Origin: Sphingomonas adhaesiva
GTDB lineage: Bacteria; Pseudomonadota; Alphaproteobacteria; Sphingomonadales; Sphingomonadaceae
Direction: 5' to 3'
NCBI RefSeq assembly: GCF_036946125.1
Contig: NZ_JAQIJT010000001.1
Span: 151,284-215,283 of the forward strand
Length of the DNA: 64,000 bases
Of this stretch, positions 36,089-45,832 are shown piece after piece; positions within the stretch are counted from its first letter, which is position 1, and every line of letters begins with the position of its first letter. The notes beneath the pieces are model-generated. The model searched no databases. It was not told the origin of the DNA and saw only the letters and a list, made by a program, of their open reading frames with translations. A program made the translations under genes and the position numbers.

Positions 36089-37366
36089 ATGTATCACGAC
36101 CCCGCGCTCGCCTCCGCCGCCCGCGTGCCGCTCCGCCCCGCCTCGGCGGTGTCGCACGGCGTCGGCGTGGCGGGGCTGGCGGGGCTGGCGGCGTGGCTGA
36201 TCGTCGCGATCCGTTATCGCATGGACGGCCCCTATGCCGCGCTCGTCGGCGTGGCGGCGTGCGGATTGCCGATGGTCCTGTGGTCGCTGCTGGTCGACCG
36301 GGTACACCGCAACCCCTCCACCGGAATCGACTGGAGCACCGCGCGACCCTGGCGCGAGACGATCGACGTCAGCCTGGTCAAACTGGCCGGGCTATGGGTC
36401 ACCTGGACGGGGATCGCGCTGATCTACGCGACGGGACGCTTCTATGGGGAAATGCCCTTCGCCTTCGCGATCTGGTGCCTGGAAACCGCCGCGCCCGCGC
36501 TGTTCGTGCTCTCGATCCCCTATGTCCTGTGGCTCGATCGCCATCTGGAGAGCCCGCGCGACGGGGCATGGCATCTGGGCACCTGGCTGCTCGGCACCGG
36601 CACCGCCGATATCGGCCGGATCCACGCGCATCTGCGCGCCTGGGCGGTGAAGGCGTTCTTCCTCGCCTTCATGCTGGCGATCGTGCCGGGCGGGTTCGGG
36701 GAGTTCGTCGCGATGGACCCGCGCGCGGCGCTCGCCGATCCGGTGCGGCTGGCCAACTGGCTCATCACGCTGATGTTCGTGATCGACGTCGCCTTCGCCA
36801 CCGTCGGCTATCTGCTGACGATGCGTCCGCTCGACGCGCATATCCGCTCCGCCAACCCGTTCATGGCGGCCTGGACCGCGGCGCTGATCTGCTACCCGCC
36901 GTTCATCATGATGGATGACGGGCGGCCGTTCGACTATCGCCCCGGCACCGCCGACTGGACCCACTGGATGCAGGGGCATCCGTGGCTGCTGGCGATGACG
37001 GGCGCGGTACTGGTCGCGCTGACCGCGATCTATGCCTGGGCGACGGTGGCGTTCGGGCTGCGGTTCTCCAACCTGACGAACCGCGGCGTGCTGACGCACG
37101 GCCCCTATGCGTGGTCGCGGCATCCGGCCTATCTGGCGAAGAATCTGTTCTGGTGGATGTCGACCATCCCGATGCTGTCGACCGGATCGCTGGTCGACGC
37201 CGCGCGCGCGACGATCCTGCTCGGCGTGGTCAGCGGCATCTATTACTGGCGCGCGAGGACCGAGGAGCGGCACCTGCGGCTCGACCCGGCCTACCGCGAC
37301 TATGACGAATGGATCGAGGCGCACGGCGCGGTGCCGCGGTTCCTGCGCTGGGCGCGGGGGCGCTGA
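36089..37366 (+). CDS. polytopic membrane protein with a C-terminal ICMT/PEMT-like methyltransferase domain
   Basis: Start is MYHDPALAS (ATG 36089). C-terminal GVLTHGPYAWSRHPAYLAKNLFWW...RARTEERHL resembles the isoprenylcysteine carboxyl / phospholipid methyltransferase family. Confidence 0.55.
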   Translation: MYHDPALASAARVPLRPASAVSHGVGVAGLAGLAAWLIVAIRYRMDGPYAALVGVAACGLPMVLWSLLVDRVHRNPSTGIDWSTARPWRETIDVSLVKLAGLWVTWTGIALIYATGRFYGEMPFAFAIWCLETAAPALFVLSIPYVLWLDRHLESPRDGAWHLGTWLLGTGTADIGRIHAHLRAWAVKAFFLAFMLAIVPGGFGEFVAMDPRAALADPVRLANWLITLMFVIDVAFATVGYLLTMRPLDAHIRSANPFMAAWTAALICYPPFIMMDDGRPFDYRPGTADWTHWMQGHPWLLAMTGAVLVALTAIYAWATVAFGLRFSNLTNRGVLTHGPYAWSRHPAYLAKNLFWWMSTIPMLSTGSLVDAARATILLGVVSGIYYWRARTEERHLRLDPAYRDYDEWIEAHGAVPRFLRWARGR

Positions 37367-37380
37367 ACGACCTGCCCCCG

Positions 37381-37413
37381 CTCGAAGGGCCAGCGCCGCG
37401 CTGGTGCTTCGAG
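37381..37413. terminator. hairpin between convergent genes (ctcgaagggccagcg-ccg-cgctggtgcttcgag), possible bidirectional terminator / REP
   Basis: Inverted repeat seen directly. There is no U-tract. Confidence 0.3.
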
Positions 37414-37466
37414 ACGGCGCTTCGACAAGCCCAGCGCTTCCTCAGCACGAACGGCGGTAGGTTCGT

Positions 37467-38840
37467 TCAGAACCGCGCTTCGTCGTACACCTTCGACACG
37501 TCGCCGTTCCAGGCCCCGTGGTAGCGCTCCAGCAGCACCTCCGCCGGCACCTTTCCCGACCGCACGATCTCGCGCAGCGGGTCGAGGAACCCCGTCTCGT
37601 CGTCGCCCGCGCCATTGGTCCGCGCCCGCGCGGCCAGCCCGGCGTGCGCGATGTCGAGCACCGCGCCGGCGATGTCGCGCAGCTGCCCGCCGCCCGGGAT
37701 CGGCGCCGACAGCCCCAGCTTCGGCACCGCGTCGCGCAGCGCCTGCCGCTCGTCGAGCGTCCAGCCCTTCACCACGTCCCACGCCGCATCCAGCGCGCCC
37801 TGATCGTACAGCAGCCCGACCCAGAACGCCGGCAGCGCGCAGATGCGGCCCCACGGCCCGCCGTCCGCGCCGCGCATCTCCAGGAAGGTCTTGAGCCGCA
37901 CCTCCGGGAAGGCGGTCGACAGGTGATCGTTCCAGTCGTCGATCGTCGGCCGCTCGCCCGGCAGCACCGACAGCTCGCCCTTCATGAAGTCGCGGAAGGA
38001 CAGCCCGGCGGCGTCGATATACCGGCCGTCGCGGTAGACGAAGTACATCGGCACATCGAGCATGTAATCGGCATAGCGTTCGTAGCCGAAGCCGTCCTCG
38101 AACACGAACGGCAGCATGCCGGTGCGTGCGGGATCGGTGTCCGACCAGATATGGCTGCGATAGCTAAGGAAGCCGTTGGGCTTCCCTTCGGTGAACGGCG
38201 AATTGGCGAACAGCGCGGTGGCAAGCGGCTGGAGCGCCAGCCCGACGCGGAACTTCTGCGCCATGTCGGCTTCGCTGGCATAGTCCAGGTTCACCTGGAT
38301 CGTGCAGGTGCGCAGCATCATGTCGAGCCCCATCGTGCCGACGCGCGGCATGTGGCGCAGCATGATCGCATAGCGGCCCTTGGGCATGATGGGCAGCTCG
38401 TCGCGGCGCTTGTCGGGCCACATGCCCAGCCCCAGGAAGCCGACGCCCAGCCGCTCGCCCGCCGCCTTCACCTGCTGCAGATGACGCCCCGTCTCGGCGC
38501 AGGTCTGGTGCAGGTTGTCGAGCGGCGCGCCCGACAGCTCGAACTGTCCCGCCGGCTCCAGGCTGACCGACCCGTCCGCCCCGCTCAGCGCGATGATCTT
38601 CCCGCCCTCTTCGATCGGCTTCCAGCCATGCTGCTGCAATTCCAGCAGAAGCGCGCGGATACCGCCCGGCTCGTCCCACGACGGCGCATGATGGTCCGCG
38701 GTCGCATAGACGAACTTTTCATGCTCGGTGCCGATGCGCCAGCGGTCCGCCGGCTTCTCCCCGCCCGCGAAATGGGCGATGAGCTCGTTGCGCGATCCGA
38801 TGACCGCTGCGTTGCTGTTCGAAACGGTCTTCGTGGACAT
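37467..38840 (-). CDS. gshA: glutamate--cysteine ligase (plant/alphaproteobacterial GCS2 type)
   Basis: 457 aa. ...RIGTEHEKF... and TIQVNLD motifs, and a length typical of the GshA group-3 type. Confidence 0.9.
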   Translation of the reverse strand: MSTKTVSNSNAAVIGSRNELIAHFAGGEKPADRWRIGTEHEKFVYATADHHAPSWDEPGGIRALLLELQQHGWKPIEEGGKIIALSGADGSVSLEPAGQFELSGAPLDNLHQTCAETGRHLQQVKAAGERLGVGFLGLGMWPDKRRDELPIMPKGRYAIMLRHMPRVGTMGLDMMLRTCTIQVNLDYASEADMAQKFRVGLALQPLATALFANSPFTEGKPNGFLSYRSHIWSDTDPARTGMLPFVFEDGFGYERYADYMLDVPMYFVYRDGRYIDAAGLSFRDFMKGELSVLPGERPTIDDWNDHLSTAFPEVRLKTFLEMRGADGGPWGRICALPAFWVGLLYDQGALDAAWDVVKGWTLDERQALRDAVPKLGLSAPIPGGGQLRDIAGAVLDIAHAGLAARARTNGAGDDETGFLDPLREIVRSGKVPAEVLLERYHGAWNGDVSKVYDEARF

Positions 38841-38897
38841 GACGCGCGCCTTACTCGCGGATGAACGGGTGCGCTAGGGGGTGCCGACCAGCATGGA

Positions 38898-39650
38898 TCA
38901 GCCCCAGTCCCCGGCCGCCGCCATCCACACCGAAACGGCCGCCGCCGCCGCGGTTTCGGCGCGCAGGATCCGCGGGCCGAGCGTGATGCCGACCGCCTGC
39001 GGATGCGCGCGGATCGCGGCGCGCTCGCCCTCGTCGAAGCCGCCCTCCGGCCCGATCAGGATCGCCGCCGGCCCCGGCCGCGCGCGCATCGCCGCGGCGG
39101 CGGGCTCGCCCCCCGTCTCGTCGGCGAAGAACAAGGCGCGCCCCTCCGGCCAGTCGCGCAACAGATGCGGCAGCTTCACCGCGTCCGCCACCCGCGGCAG
39201 CGCGGTACGTCCGCATTGCTCCGCCGCCTCGATCATCTGCGTGCGCAGGCGGTCGGTGTTGGGCCGGTCGACGACGGTGCGGTGGGTGACGACGGGAACC
39301 AGCCGATCGACGCCCAGCTCGCACGCCTTCTCCGCCAGCCAGTCGACGCGCCCCTTCTTGAGCGGCGCGGCGCACAGCCACAGGTCGGGCACGGCTTCGC
39401 GCGCGCGCAGCCGTTCGGTCACGTCCAGCGAGACGTCGCGGCGCCCCGCCTGCGTGACCAGCGCCAGCCACTCGCCGGTCGTATCGTCGAACAATGTGAC
39501 CGGATCGCCGGGCTTCGCGCGCATGACGGTCGCCAGGTAATGCGCCTGCGCGCCCTCCAGCCGCAGCGCGCCCGCGGTCAGGGCCCTGTCCACGAACACC
39601 CGCGGCGTCGATCGCGGCGGCCACGCCGGCTGTGCGCCCATCACCGTCAC
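38898..39650 (-). CDS. rsmE: 16S rRNA (uracil1498-N3)-methyltransferase
   Basis: PRVFVD...L.GAQAHYLATVMRAKPGD and the C-terminal ILIGPEGGFDEGE...LGPRILRAETAA SPOUT knot. Confidence 0.85.
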   Translation of the reverse strand: MTVMGAQPAWPPRSTPRVFVDRALTAGALRLEGAQAHYLATVMRAKPGDPVTLFDDTTGEWLALVTQAGRRDVSLDVTERLRAREAVPDLWLCAAPLKKGRVDWLAEKACELGVDRLVPVVTHRTVVDRPNTDRLRTQMIEAAEQCGRTALPRVADAVKLPHLLRDWPEGRALFFADETGGEPAAAAMRARPGPAAILIGPEGGFDEGERAAIRAHPQAVGITLGPRILRAETAAAAAVSVWMAAAGDWG

Positions 39651-39653
39651 CCC

Positions 39654-39815
39654 TCATCCACCTCGGCGTACGATCAGCATCCGCGCGACCCAGAACAGGA
39701 TCGCGACCGCCAGCGCAATCCCCAGCACGCCGCCCGCGATCGTCCCCGCCACCTTCAGCATGGCGAAGAACAACGCCTCGAAGAACCGGCCGATCGCGAC
39801 CGAGAGGTGGATCAC
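39654..39815 (-). CDS. possible small (53-aa, or 35-aa from an internal ATG) membrane protein
   Basis: My own translation is VIHLSVAIGRFFEALFFAMLKVAGTIAGGVLGIALAVAILFWVARMLIVRRGG, with one clear TM helix plus a basic tail. It is in frame immediately after the DUF2147 stop. There is no strong SD, and it is below the ORF-track length cutoff. Confidence 0.25.
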   Translation of the reverse strand: MIHLSVAIGRFFEALFFAMLKVAGTIAGGVLGIALAVAILFWVARMLIVRRGG

Positions 39816-39839
39816 TGCGCCACGATCACTGGACCGGCA

Positions 39840-40232
39840 TCATCGCGCGGCGACGCGGGTCCAGCGCTGCTCCTTGCACCCGAACCCGGCGAACAGGCAG
39901 CCCTGCACCACCAGCGTATCGCGCCCCGCCAGTTGCAGCGTGCCGTCCACCTCGCTCCCGATGTCGGGAACGAAGACGCTGCCCGCCCATGTCCCGTCGC
40001 CCTGCGGCTCGACACGGAGCAATTCGGTCCCGATCAGCCGGTCGGTGCCGCCGCGTGCGGCATCCTCGCGCGCCCTGGCGTCCGCGGCGACCACCGTGCC
40101 GCACACGCCCGGCTCGCCGCGGCACCGCGCGATGCGGATGCGCACCGTGTCGCCGGCATTGCGCCAGGTGCCCGCCACGGGATCGGACGCCGGCGCCGCG
40201 GCCAGCGCGAGGAGGGAGAGAAGCATCGACAT
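39840..40232 (-). CDS. DUF2147 domain protein (secreted)
   Basis: Signal peptide MSMLLSLLALAAA. G.W......V.I..C....CG.V and ...W.G.VF.P........L....L.V.GC pattern. Confidence 0.7.
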   Translation of the reverse strand: MSMLLSLLALAAAPASDPVAGTWRNAGDTVRIRIARCRGEPGVCGTVVAADARAREDAARGGTDRLIGTELLRVEPQGDGTWAGSVFVPDIGSEVDGTLQLAGRDTLVVQGCLFAGFGCKEQRWTRVAAR

Positions 40233-40275
40233 GGCAGCAAGATAGGATGCCGCCCGGTGGAGATAAGGGGCGCGG

Positions 40276-41589
40276 TCAGGCCGCGCGCGCCAGCAGCGCT
40301 TCCCACGCCGACAGCTTCGGCTGATCCGGCCATAGCCCCCGCGTATCGTAGACCAGCTTGTCCGCCCGTTCGTCTAGCGGCACGGAGCGGAACACGTCGT
40401 GGTCGACCAGCACGATCATCGCATCGCACGTCGCCAGTGCGCTATCCAGGTCGATCAGCGCCGCGCCCGTCCCCGCGAAGGCGGCGGGCAGCGCCTCGAC
40501 ATGCGGCTCCACCAGCGCGATCCGGTCGCCGAACCGCCGCGCGAGCGCCGCGGCGATCTCCACCGCCGGGCTTTCGCGCAGATCGTCGATGTTCGGCTTG
40601 AAGGCGAGGCCCAGGCACGCGACGCGGGTATCGGGCAACCGCTCGATCAGCCGCAGCGCGCGGCCGATGACATGGTCGGTCTTCGCCTCGTTCACCTCGC
40701 GCGCGGTGCGGATCAGCCGGCTGTTGACCGGGTCCCCCGCGACCAGGAACCACGGATCGACCGCGATGCAATGCCCGCCGACGCCGGGGCCGGGTTGCAG
40801 GATCGACACGCGCGGGTGACGGTTGGCGAGGCGGATCACCTCCCACACGTCGATCGCCATTCCCTCCGCGATCAGCGACAGTTCGTTGGCGAAGGCGATG
40901 TTGACGTCGCGGTAGCTGTTCTCGACCAGCTTCACCATTTCCGCCGACCGCGCGGTGGTGGTCAGGCATTCGCCGCGCACGAAGCGCCGGTAGAAGGCCA
41001 TGGCGCGGCGTGCGCAGCGCGGAGTGATGCCGCCGATGACGCGGTCGTTGTCGATCAGCTCGATCAGGATGCGCCCCGGCAGCACGCGCTCCGGGCAATA
41101 GGCGATGAACAGGTCAGCCGCGCCCGTGCCGCGTCCCGGGACCGACAGGTCGGGGCGCAGCGCCGCGATCGTCGCCGCGACCTGCTCGGTGGTGCCGACG
41201 GGCGAGGTGGATTCGAGGATGACGAGGTCGCCGCGCTTCAGCACCGGCGCGATGGTGCGCGCGGCGGCCAGCACATGGCTGACGTCGGGGCGATGATCGG
41301 CATCGAACGGGGTCGGCACCGCGATGATGAACGTGTCCGCCGCCTCCGGCGCGGCCGCGGCGCGCAGCAGCCCGCGCGCGGTCACGCCCTGCACCAGCCC
41401 GTGCAGGTCGACTTCCTCGATATGGACGCGCCCCTCCGCGACGGTGGCGACGACCTGCGCATTGACGTCGACGCCCAGCGTGGGGATGCCGGCGCGTGCG
41501 ATCACCGCGGCGGTCGGCAGGCCGATATAGCCCAGCCCCATCACCACGGCGCCGAGCGCGGGCGCTTCCTGGTCAGCGGCGGTGGGCAT
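40276..41589 (-). CDS. wecC: UDP-N-acetyl-D-mannosamine dehydrogenase (nucleotide-sugar dehydrogenase)
   Basis: VMGLGYIGLPTA Rossmann motif and GGHCIAVDP catalytic Cys. ATG 41589 overlaps the wecB 3' end by 17 nt; the alternative start is 41541. Confidence 0.85.
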   Translation of the reverse strand: MPTAADQEAPALGAVVMGLGYIGLPTAAVIARAGIPTLGVDVNAQVVATVAEGRVHIEEVDLHGLVQGVTARGLLRAAAAPEAADTFIIAVPTPFDADHRPDVSHVLAAARTIAPVLKRGDLVILESTSPVGTTEQVAATIAALRPDLSVPGRGTGAADLFIAYCPERVLPGRILIELIDNDRVIGGITPRCARRAMAFYRRFVRGECLTTTARSAEMVKLVENSYRDVNIAFANELSLIAEGMAIDVWEVIRLANRHPRVSILQPGPGVGGHCIAVDPWFLVAGDPVNSRLIRTAREVNEAKTDHVIGRALRLIERLPDTRVACLGLAFKPNIDDLRESPAVEIAAALARRFGDRIALVEPHVEALPAAFAGTGAALIDLDSALATCDAMIVLVDHDVFRSVPLDERADKLVYDTRGLWPDQPKLSAWEALLARAA

Positions 41590-42700
41590 CCTCGACGATC
41601 CTCGCGATCCGTGGTGCTGCCTGCCCGTCGCCATAGGGATTGTGCGCACGGGCCATGGCGGCATGCGCCCGGTCATCGTCGAGAAGAGCGAAGATATGGT
41701 TGACGATCGCGTCGGGATCGGTGCCGACGAGCGTCGCGGTGCCCGCCGCGACACCCTCCGGCCGCTCGGTCGTGTCGCGCATCACCAGCACCGGCGTGCC
41801 CAGGCTCGGCGCCTCTTCCTGCACGCCGCCCGAATCGGTCAGCATGACGTCGGCCAGCGCCATCAGCCGGACGAAGTGCGGATAATCGAGCGGCTCGACC
41901 AGCGCGACGTTCGCGTGGCGCCGCAGCGGCGCCATCGCGTCGCGCACCTGCGGGTTGGGGTGGACCGGGAAGATGACCGCGACGTCGCCGCGGTCGGCCA
42001 CCCGCGCGATCGCGGCGGCGACGCGGGCCATCCCCTCCCCCCAATTCTCCCGCCGGTGCGTGGTGACCGCGACGATGCGCTTCCCCGCAAAGCGCGCGAC
42101 GAGCGGGTCGAGTCCCGCGGCGAGCCCCGGCTCGCGCACCAGCCGGTCGCGCATCGCCAGCAGTGCATCGATCACGGTGTTGCCGGTGACGTGGATCGCG
42201 CCCGCCACATTTTCCGCGCGCAGGGCGGCTGCGGCCTGCGGCGTCGGGGCGAAGTGCAGGTCCGCGATCGTGCCCGCGATGCGGCGGTTGCCTTCCTCCG
42301 GCCAGGGCGACAGCAGGTCGCCGCTGCGCAATCCCGCCTCGACATGCGCCACGGGCACGCGGCGGAAGTAGGCCGCCAGCGTCGCCACCATCGTCGTCAG
42401 CGTGTCGCCGTGCACCAGGACGCGGTCGGGCCGCTCCGCGTCCAGCGCCGCGCCGAACGCGGTCAGCATCCGCGCGGCAAGCGCGTCGAGCGACTGGCCC
42501 GCCTGCATCAGGTCGAGGTCGATGTCGGGCACGATGCCGAAGATCGCCAGCACCTGGTCGAGCATCTCGCGGTGCTGCGCGGTCACCGCGACGCGTACCT
42601 CCAGCGTGCCGCGCGCGCGCAGTGCCGCGACGACGGGCGCCATCTTGATCGCCTCGGGGCGGGTGCCGAACACGACGAGAATGCGCGGGCGCTGGATCAC
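41573..42700 (-). CDS. wecB: UDP-N-acetylglucosamine 2-epimerase (non-hydrolysing)
   Basis: ILVVFGTRPEAIKMAPV, HVEAGLRS, DSGGVQEEAPSLGTPVLVMRDTTERPE. Confidence 0.9.
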   Translation of the reverse strand: MIQRPRILVVFGTRPEAIKMAPVVAALRARGTLEVRVAVTAQHREMLDQVLAIFGIVPDIDLDLMQAGQSLDALAARMLTAFGAALDAERPDRVLVHGDTLTTMVATLAAYFRRVPVAHVEAGLRSGDLLSPWPEEGNRRIAGTIADLHFAPTPQAAAALRAENVAGAIHVTGNTVIDALLAMRDRLVREPGLAAGLDPLVARFAGKRIVAVTTHRRENWGEGMARVAAAIARVADRGDVAVIFPVHPNPQVRDAMAPLRRHANVALVEPLDYPHFVRLMALADVMLTDSGGVQEEAPSLGTPVLVMRDTTERPEGVAAGTATLVGTDPDAIVNHIFALLDDDRAHAAMARAHNPYGDGQAAPRIARIVEDAHRR

Positions 42701-42800
42701 GATGGCGGGCTTGTCATACAGGCGTTGCGATCAGGTGTATGGTGCGCCGCGGAACTTGGCCATGCCCCCGCGGATTTTGCGGGCGAGCGAGGAGACGACG

Positions 42801-43787
42801 ATGCGACTGGTGATGATCGGGCTGGGGCGGATGGGCGGCAACATGGCGCGCCGTCTGATGAAGGCCGGGCACGAGATCGTCGCCTATGATCGCGATGCCG
42901 AGGCGGTCGCGAAGCTGGTGGCGGACGGCGCCACCGCCGCGATCGGGGTCGACGATGCGCGCGCGAAGGCGGGCAGCCCCGCGACCTGGTGGATCATGCT
43001 GCCGCACGGCGCGGTGACCGACGGCATGATCGGGGAGATCGCGGAGGGTGCGTCCGCGGGCGAGATCGTGATCGACGGCGGCAACAGCTTCTACAAGGAC
43101 GACATCCGCCACGCGAAGATGCTCGCGGAGCGGCAGGTCCATTACGTCGACGTCGGCACCTCGGGCGGGGTGTGGGGGCTCGATCGCGGCTATTGCATGA
43201 TGATCGGCGGCCCGGACGAGGTCGTGCGCCGGCTCGACCCGATCTTCGCCGCACTGGCGCCGGGCGAGGGCACGATCTCGCGCACCCCCGGTCGCGACGG
43301 CAACGACGCGGTCGATACGCGCGCGGAGAAGGGCTATATCCACGCCGGTCCCGCGGGTGCCGGGCATTTCGTGAAGATGATCCACAACGGCATCGAATAC
43401 GGGCTGATGCAGGCCTATGCCGAGGGATTCGACGTGCTCAAGGGCAAGGCATCCGAGCATCTGCCGGAGGATGAGCGCTACGACCTGAACCTCGCCGACA
43501 TCGCCGAGGTGTGGCGGCGCGGCAGCGTCATCTCCTCCTGGCTGCTGGATCTGACCGCACAGGCGCTGGCGAAGGACGGAAAGCTGGAGCAGTTCAGCGG
43601 ACACGTCGCCGATTCGGGCGAGGGTCAATGGACGATCGAGGCGGCGATGGAGGAGGCCGTGCCCGTCAACGTGCTGACGACAGCGCTCTTCGCGCGCTAT
43701 CGCAGCCGCGTCGACCATACCTTCGGAGAGAAGGCGCTGTCGGCGATGAGGTTCGGCTTCGGCGGGCATGTCGAGATGCCGCAATAA
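42801..43787 (+). CDS. gnd: decarboxylating 6-phosphogluconate dehydrogenase, short (~330 aa) form
   Basis: Start is MRLVMIGLGRMGGNMA (ATG 42801, with GAGGAG upstream). GAGHFVKMIHNGIEYGLMQAYAEG. Confidence 0.85.
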   Translation: MRLVMIGLGRMGGNMARRLMKAGHEIVAYDRDAEAVAKLVADGATAAIGVDDARAKAGSPATWWIMLPHGAVTDGMIGEIAEGASAGEIVIDGGNSFYKDDIRHAKMLAERQVHYVDVGTSGGVWGLDRGYCMMIGGPDEVVRRLDPIFAALAPGEGTISRTPGRDGNDAVDTRAEKGYIHAGPAGAGHFVKMIHNGIEYGLMQAYAEGFDVLKGKASEHLPEDERYDLNLADIAEVWRRGSVISSWLLDLTAQALAKDGKLEQFSGHVADSGEGQWTIEAAMEEAVPVNVLTTALFARYRSRVDHTFGEKALSAMRFGFGGHVEMPQ

Positions 43788-44599
43788 TGCCGATCCGCTT
43801 GCTGGTGTCGGACATCGACGGCACGCTGGTGAACCGGGACAAGGCGCTGACCCCCGCGACGATCGCCGCGGTGAAGCGCCTGCGCGAGGCCGGTATCGGC
43901 TTCACCGTCATCAGCGCGCGGCCGATGTCGGGGCTGCGTCCGCTGCTGGCGCCGCTGGGGCTGACGGGCGAGGTCGCGGCGTTCAACGGCGGGCTGATCG
44001 CGCGAGCCGACGGCACCGTCGCCTACCACGCCACGATCGACGCGGACGCGGCGCGCACCGCGATGCGGCTGGCGCGTGGGGCGGCGGTCGACACATGGAT
44101 CTTCGCCGACAATCGATGGTATGCGACCGACCCGGACGGCCCGCATACCGCGAGCGAGCGGCGCTCCTCCGCGCAGGAGCCGCTGACGCATGCCGACATG
44201 GATGCGCTGCTGGACCATGCCGACAAGATCACCTTCGTCAGCGACGACGAGGGCGCCCTGCGCGCGCTCTACGACACGGTGCACGCCGCGATCGGCGACC
44301 GCGCGACCGTCGCCCAGTCGCAGACCTATTACCTCGACGTGACCGCCACGACCGCCAACAAGGGCGACGGCATCGCGGCGCTGGCGAAGGCGCTGGGCGT
44401 CGACCTGGCCGATACCGCCGCCATCGGCGACCAGGCCAACGACCTGCCGATGCTGACCCGCGCCGGCCTTTCCATCGCGATGGGCAACGCGCCCGACGCG
44501 GTGAAGGCGGCGGCCGGCCACACCACTCGCACCAACGACGAAGATGGCGTAGCCCACGCCGTCGACACCCTGATCCTGCCCCACGGAGACCCTGCATGA
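43787..44599 (+). CDS. Cof-type HAD-IIB phosphatase
   Basis: LLVSDIDGTLV and ...AIGDQANDLPML motifs. TAATG overlap with the gnd stop. Confidence 0.8.
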   Translation: MPIRLLVSDIDGTLVNRDKALTPATIAAVKRLREAGIGFTVISARPMSGLRPLLAPLGLTGEVAAFNGGLIARADGTVAYHATIDADAARTAMRLARGAAVDTWIFADNRWYATDPDGPHTASERRSSAQEPLTHADMDALLDHADKITFVSDDEGALRALYDTVHAAIGDRATVAQSQTYYLDVTATTANKGDGIAALAKALGVDLADTAAIGDQANDLPMLTRAGLSIAMGNAPDAVKAAAGHTTRTNDEDGVAHAVDTLILPHGDPA

Positions 44600-45342
44600 A
44601 GAAGCTCGTCGCATTCGACCTCGATGGCACGCTGGCGCTGAGCAAGCAGCCGCTGAAGGACGACATGGGCGAGACGCTGGCGGACCTGCTCGGCGTGGCG
44701 GACGTCGCGGTCATCTCCGGCGGCGACTGGCCGCAGTTCGACAAGCAGGTGGCGAGCCGCCTGCCCGAGCGCGCCGATCGCGCGCGGTTGTGGCTGATGC
44801 CGACGACGGGGACGAAACTCTATACGTGGCAGGACGGCCGATGGACGACCGTCTATGCCGAGCTGTTCGACGAGGGCGAGAAGAAGAAGATCGTCGACGC
44901 GTTCGGCGAGTCGCTGGAGGCGACCGGGTTCGTGCCGGAGAAGACCTGGGGCGAGCGGATCGAGGATCGCGGCAGCCAGATCACCTTCTCCGCGCTGGGC
45001 CAGGAAGCACCGATCGAGGCGAAGGAGCATTGGGATCCCGATTTCGCCAAGCGCAAGGTGATCCAGGCCGACCTCAGGCAGCGCCTCCCCGGCCTCGCGA
45101 TCAACATGGGCGGCGCCACCTCGATCGACATCACGCGCGAGGGCGTCGACAAGGGTTACGGCCTGCGCAAGCTGTCGGCGGAGAGCGGGTTCGGGCTGGA
45201 CGAGATGCTGTTCATCGGCGATGCGATCTTCCCCGGCGGCAACGACTATCCCGCGCACGAGGCGGGCGTCGATTGCGTGCGCGTCCGCGATCCGCAGGAG
45301 ACGATCAGCGTCGTCACCGCCATCGTCGCCTGCCAGAAGTAG
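44596..45342 (+). CDS. HAD-IIB family hydrolase (phosphomannomutase-like fold)
   Basis: VAFDLDGTL and FIGDAIFPGGNDYP motifs. ATGA overlap with the previous gene. Confidence 0.7.
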   Translation: MKKLVAFDLDGTLALSKQPLKDDMGETLADLLGVADVAVISGGDWPQFDKQVASRLPERADRARLWLMPTTGTKLYTWQDGRWTTVYAELFDEGEKKKIVDAFGESLEATGFVPEKTWGERIEDRGSQITFSALGQEAPIEAKEHWDPDFAKRKVIQADLRQRLPGLAINMGGATSIDITREGVDKGYGLRKLSAESGFGLDEMLFIGDAIFPGGNDYPAHEAGVDCVRVRDPQETISVVTAIVACQK

Positions 45343-45351
45343 GCGCCGCGC

Positions 45352-45678
45352 TTGGACATTCCCGGCCTCTGGGCACGGTTCATCCAGTGGATCGGCGACG
45401 GCACCGGGCTGCCCGACACCATCCTGCACATCCATGCCGGGATGGCGGTGCTGCTGATCGCGCGGGTCGTCACGCGCCGCTCGCTCGGCACGTTCGTCCC
45501 GCTCTCCGTCGTGATCGCGGCGGAGGCGGCGAACGAGATCCTCGACCGGCTGCACTGGGGCAGCTGGCGCTGGTCGGACACGATCGGCGACGTGGTGAAT
45601 ACATTGTTCTGGCCGACCGTGATCTGCCTCGCGGTCAGGCTGCGCCCGATGGTCGCCCGCGACGCGCGGCGGCGCTGA
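45352..45678 (+). CDS. hypothetical small membrane protein
   Basis: 108-aa ORF with a TTG start and 2-3 hydrophobic segments. I recognise no family. Confidence 0.4.
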   Translation: MDIPGLWARFIQWIGDGTGLPDTILHIHAGMAVLLIARVVTRRSLGTFVPLSVVIAAEAANEILDRLHWGSWRWSDTIGDVVNTLFWPTVICLAVRLRPMVARDARRR

Positions 45679-45687
45679 GCGCGGACC

Positions 45688-45770
45688 CGTCACCCCGGGC
45701 TCGACCCGGGGTCCAGCTGCTTCTCGTCACCGGCCGGAAAGCGGGACCCCGGATCCAGTCCGGGGTGACG
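45688..45770. repeat. two REP-like palindromes, family E
   Basis: cgtcaccccgggctcgacccggggtc and cgtcaccggccggaaagcgggaccccggatccagtccggggtgacg. Confidence 0.7.
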
Positions 45771-45832
45771 GAGCCGAAGCCTCAGACAATTTCGAGTTTG
45801 ATCCACGCGGCTTGAACCGGCCACAACCGCCT

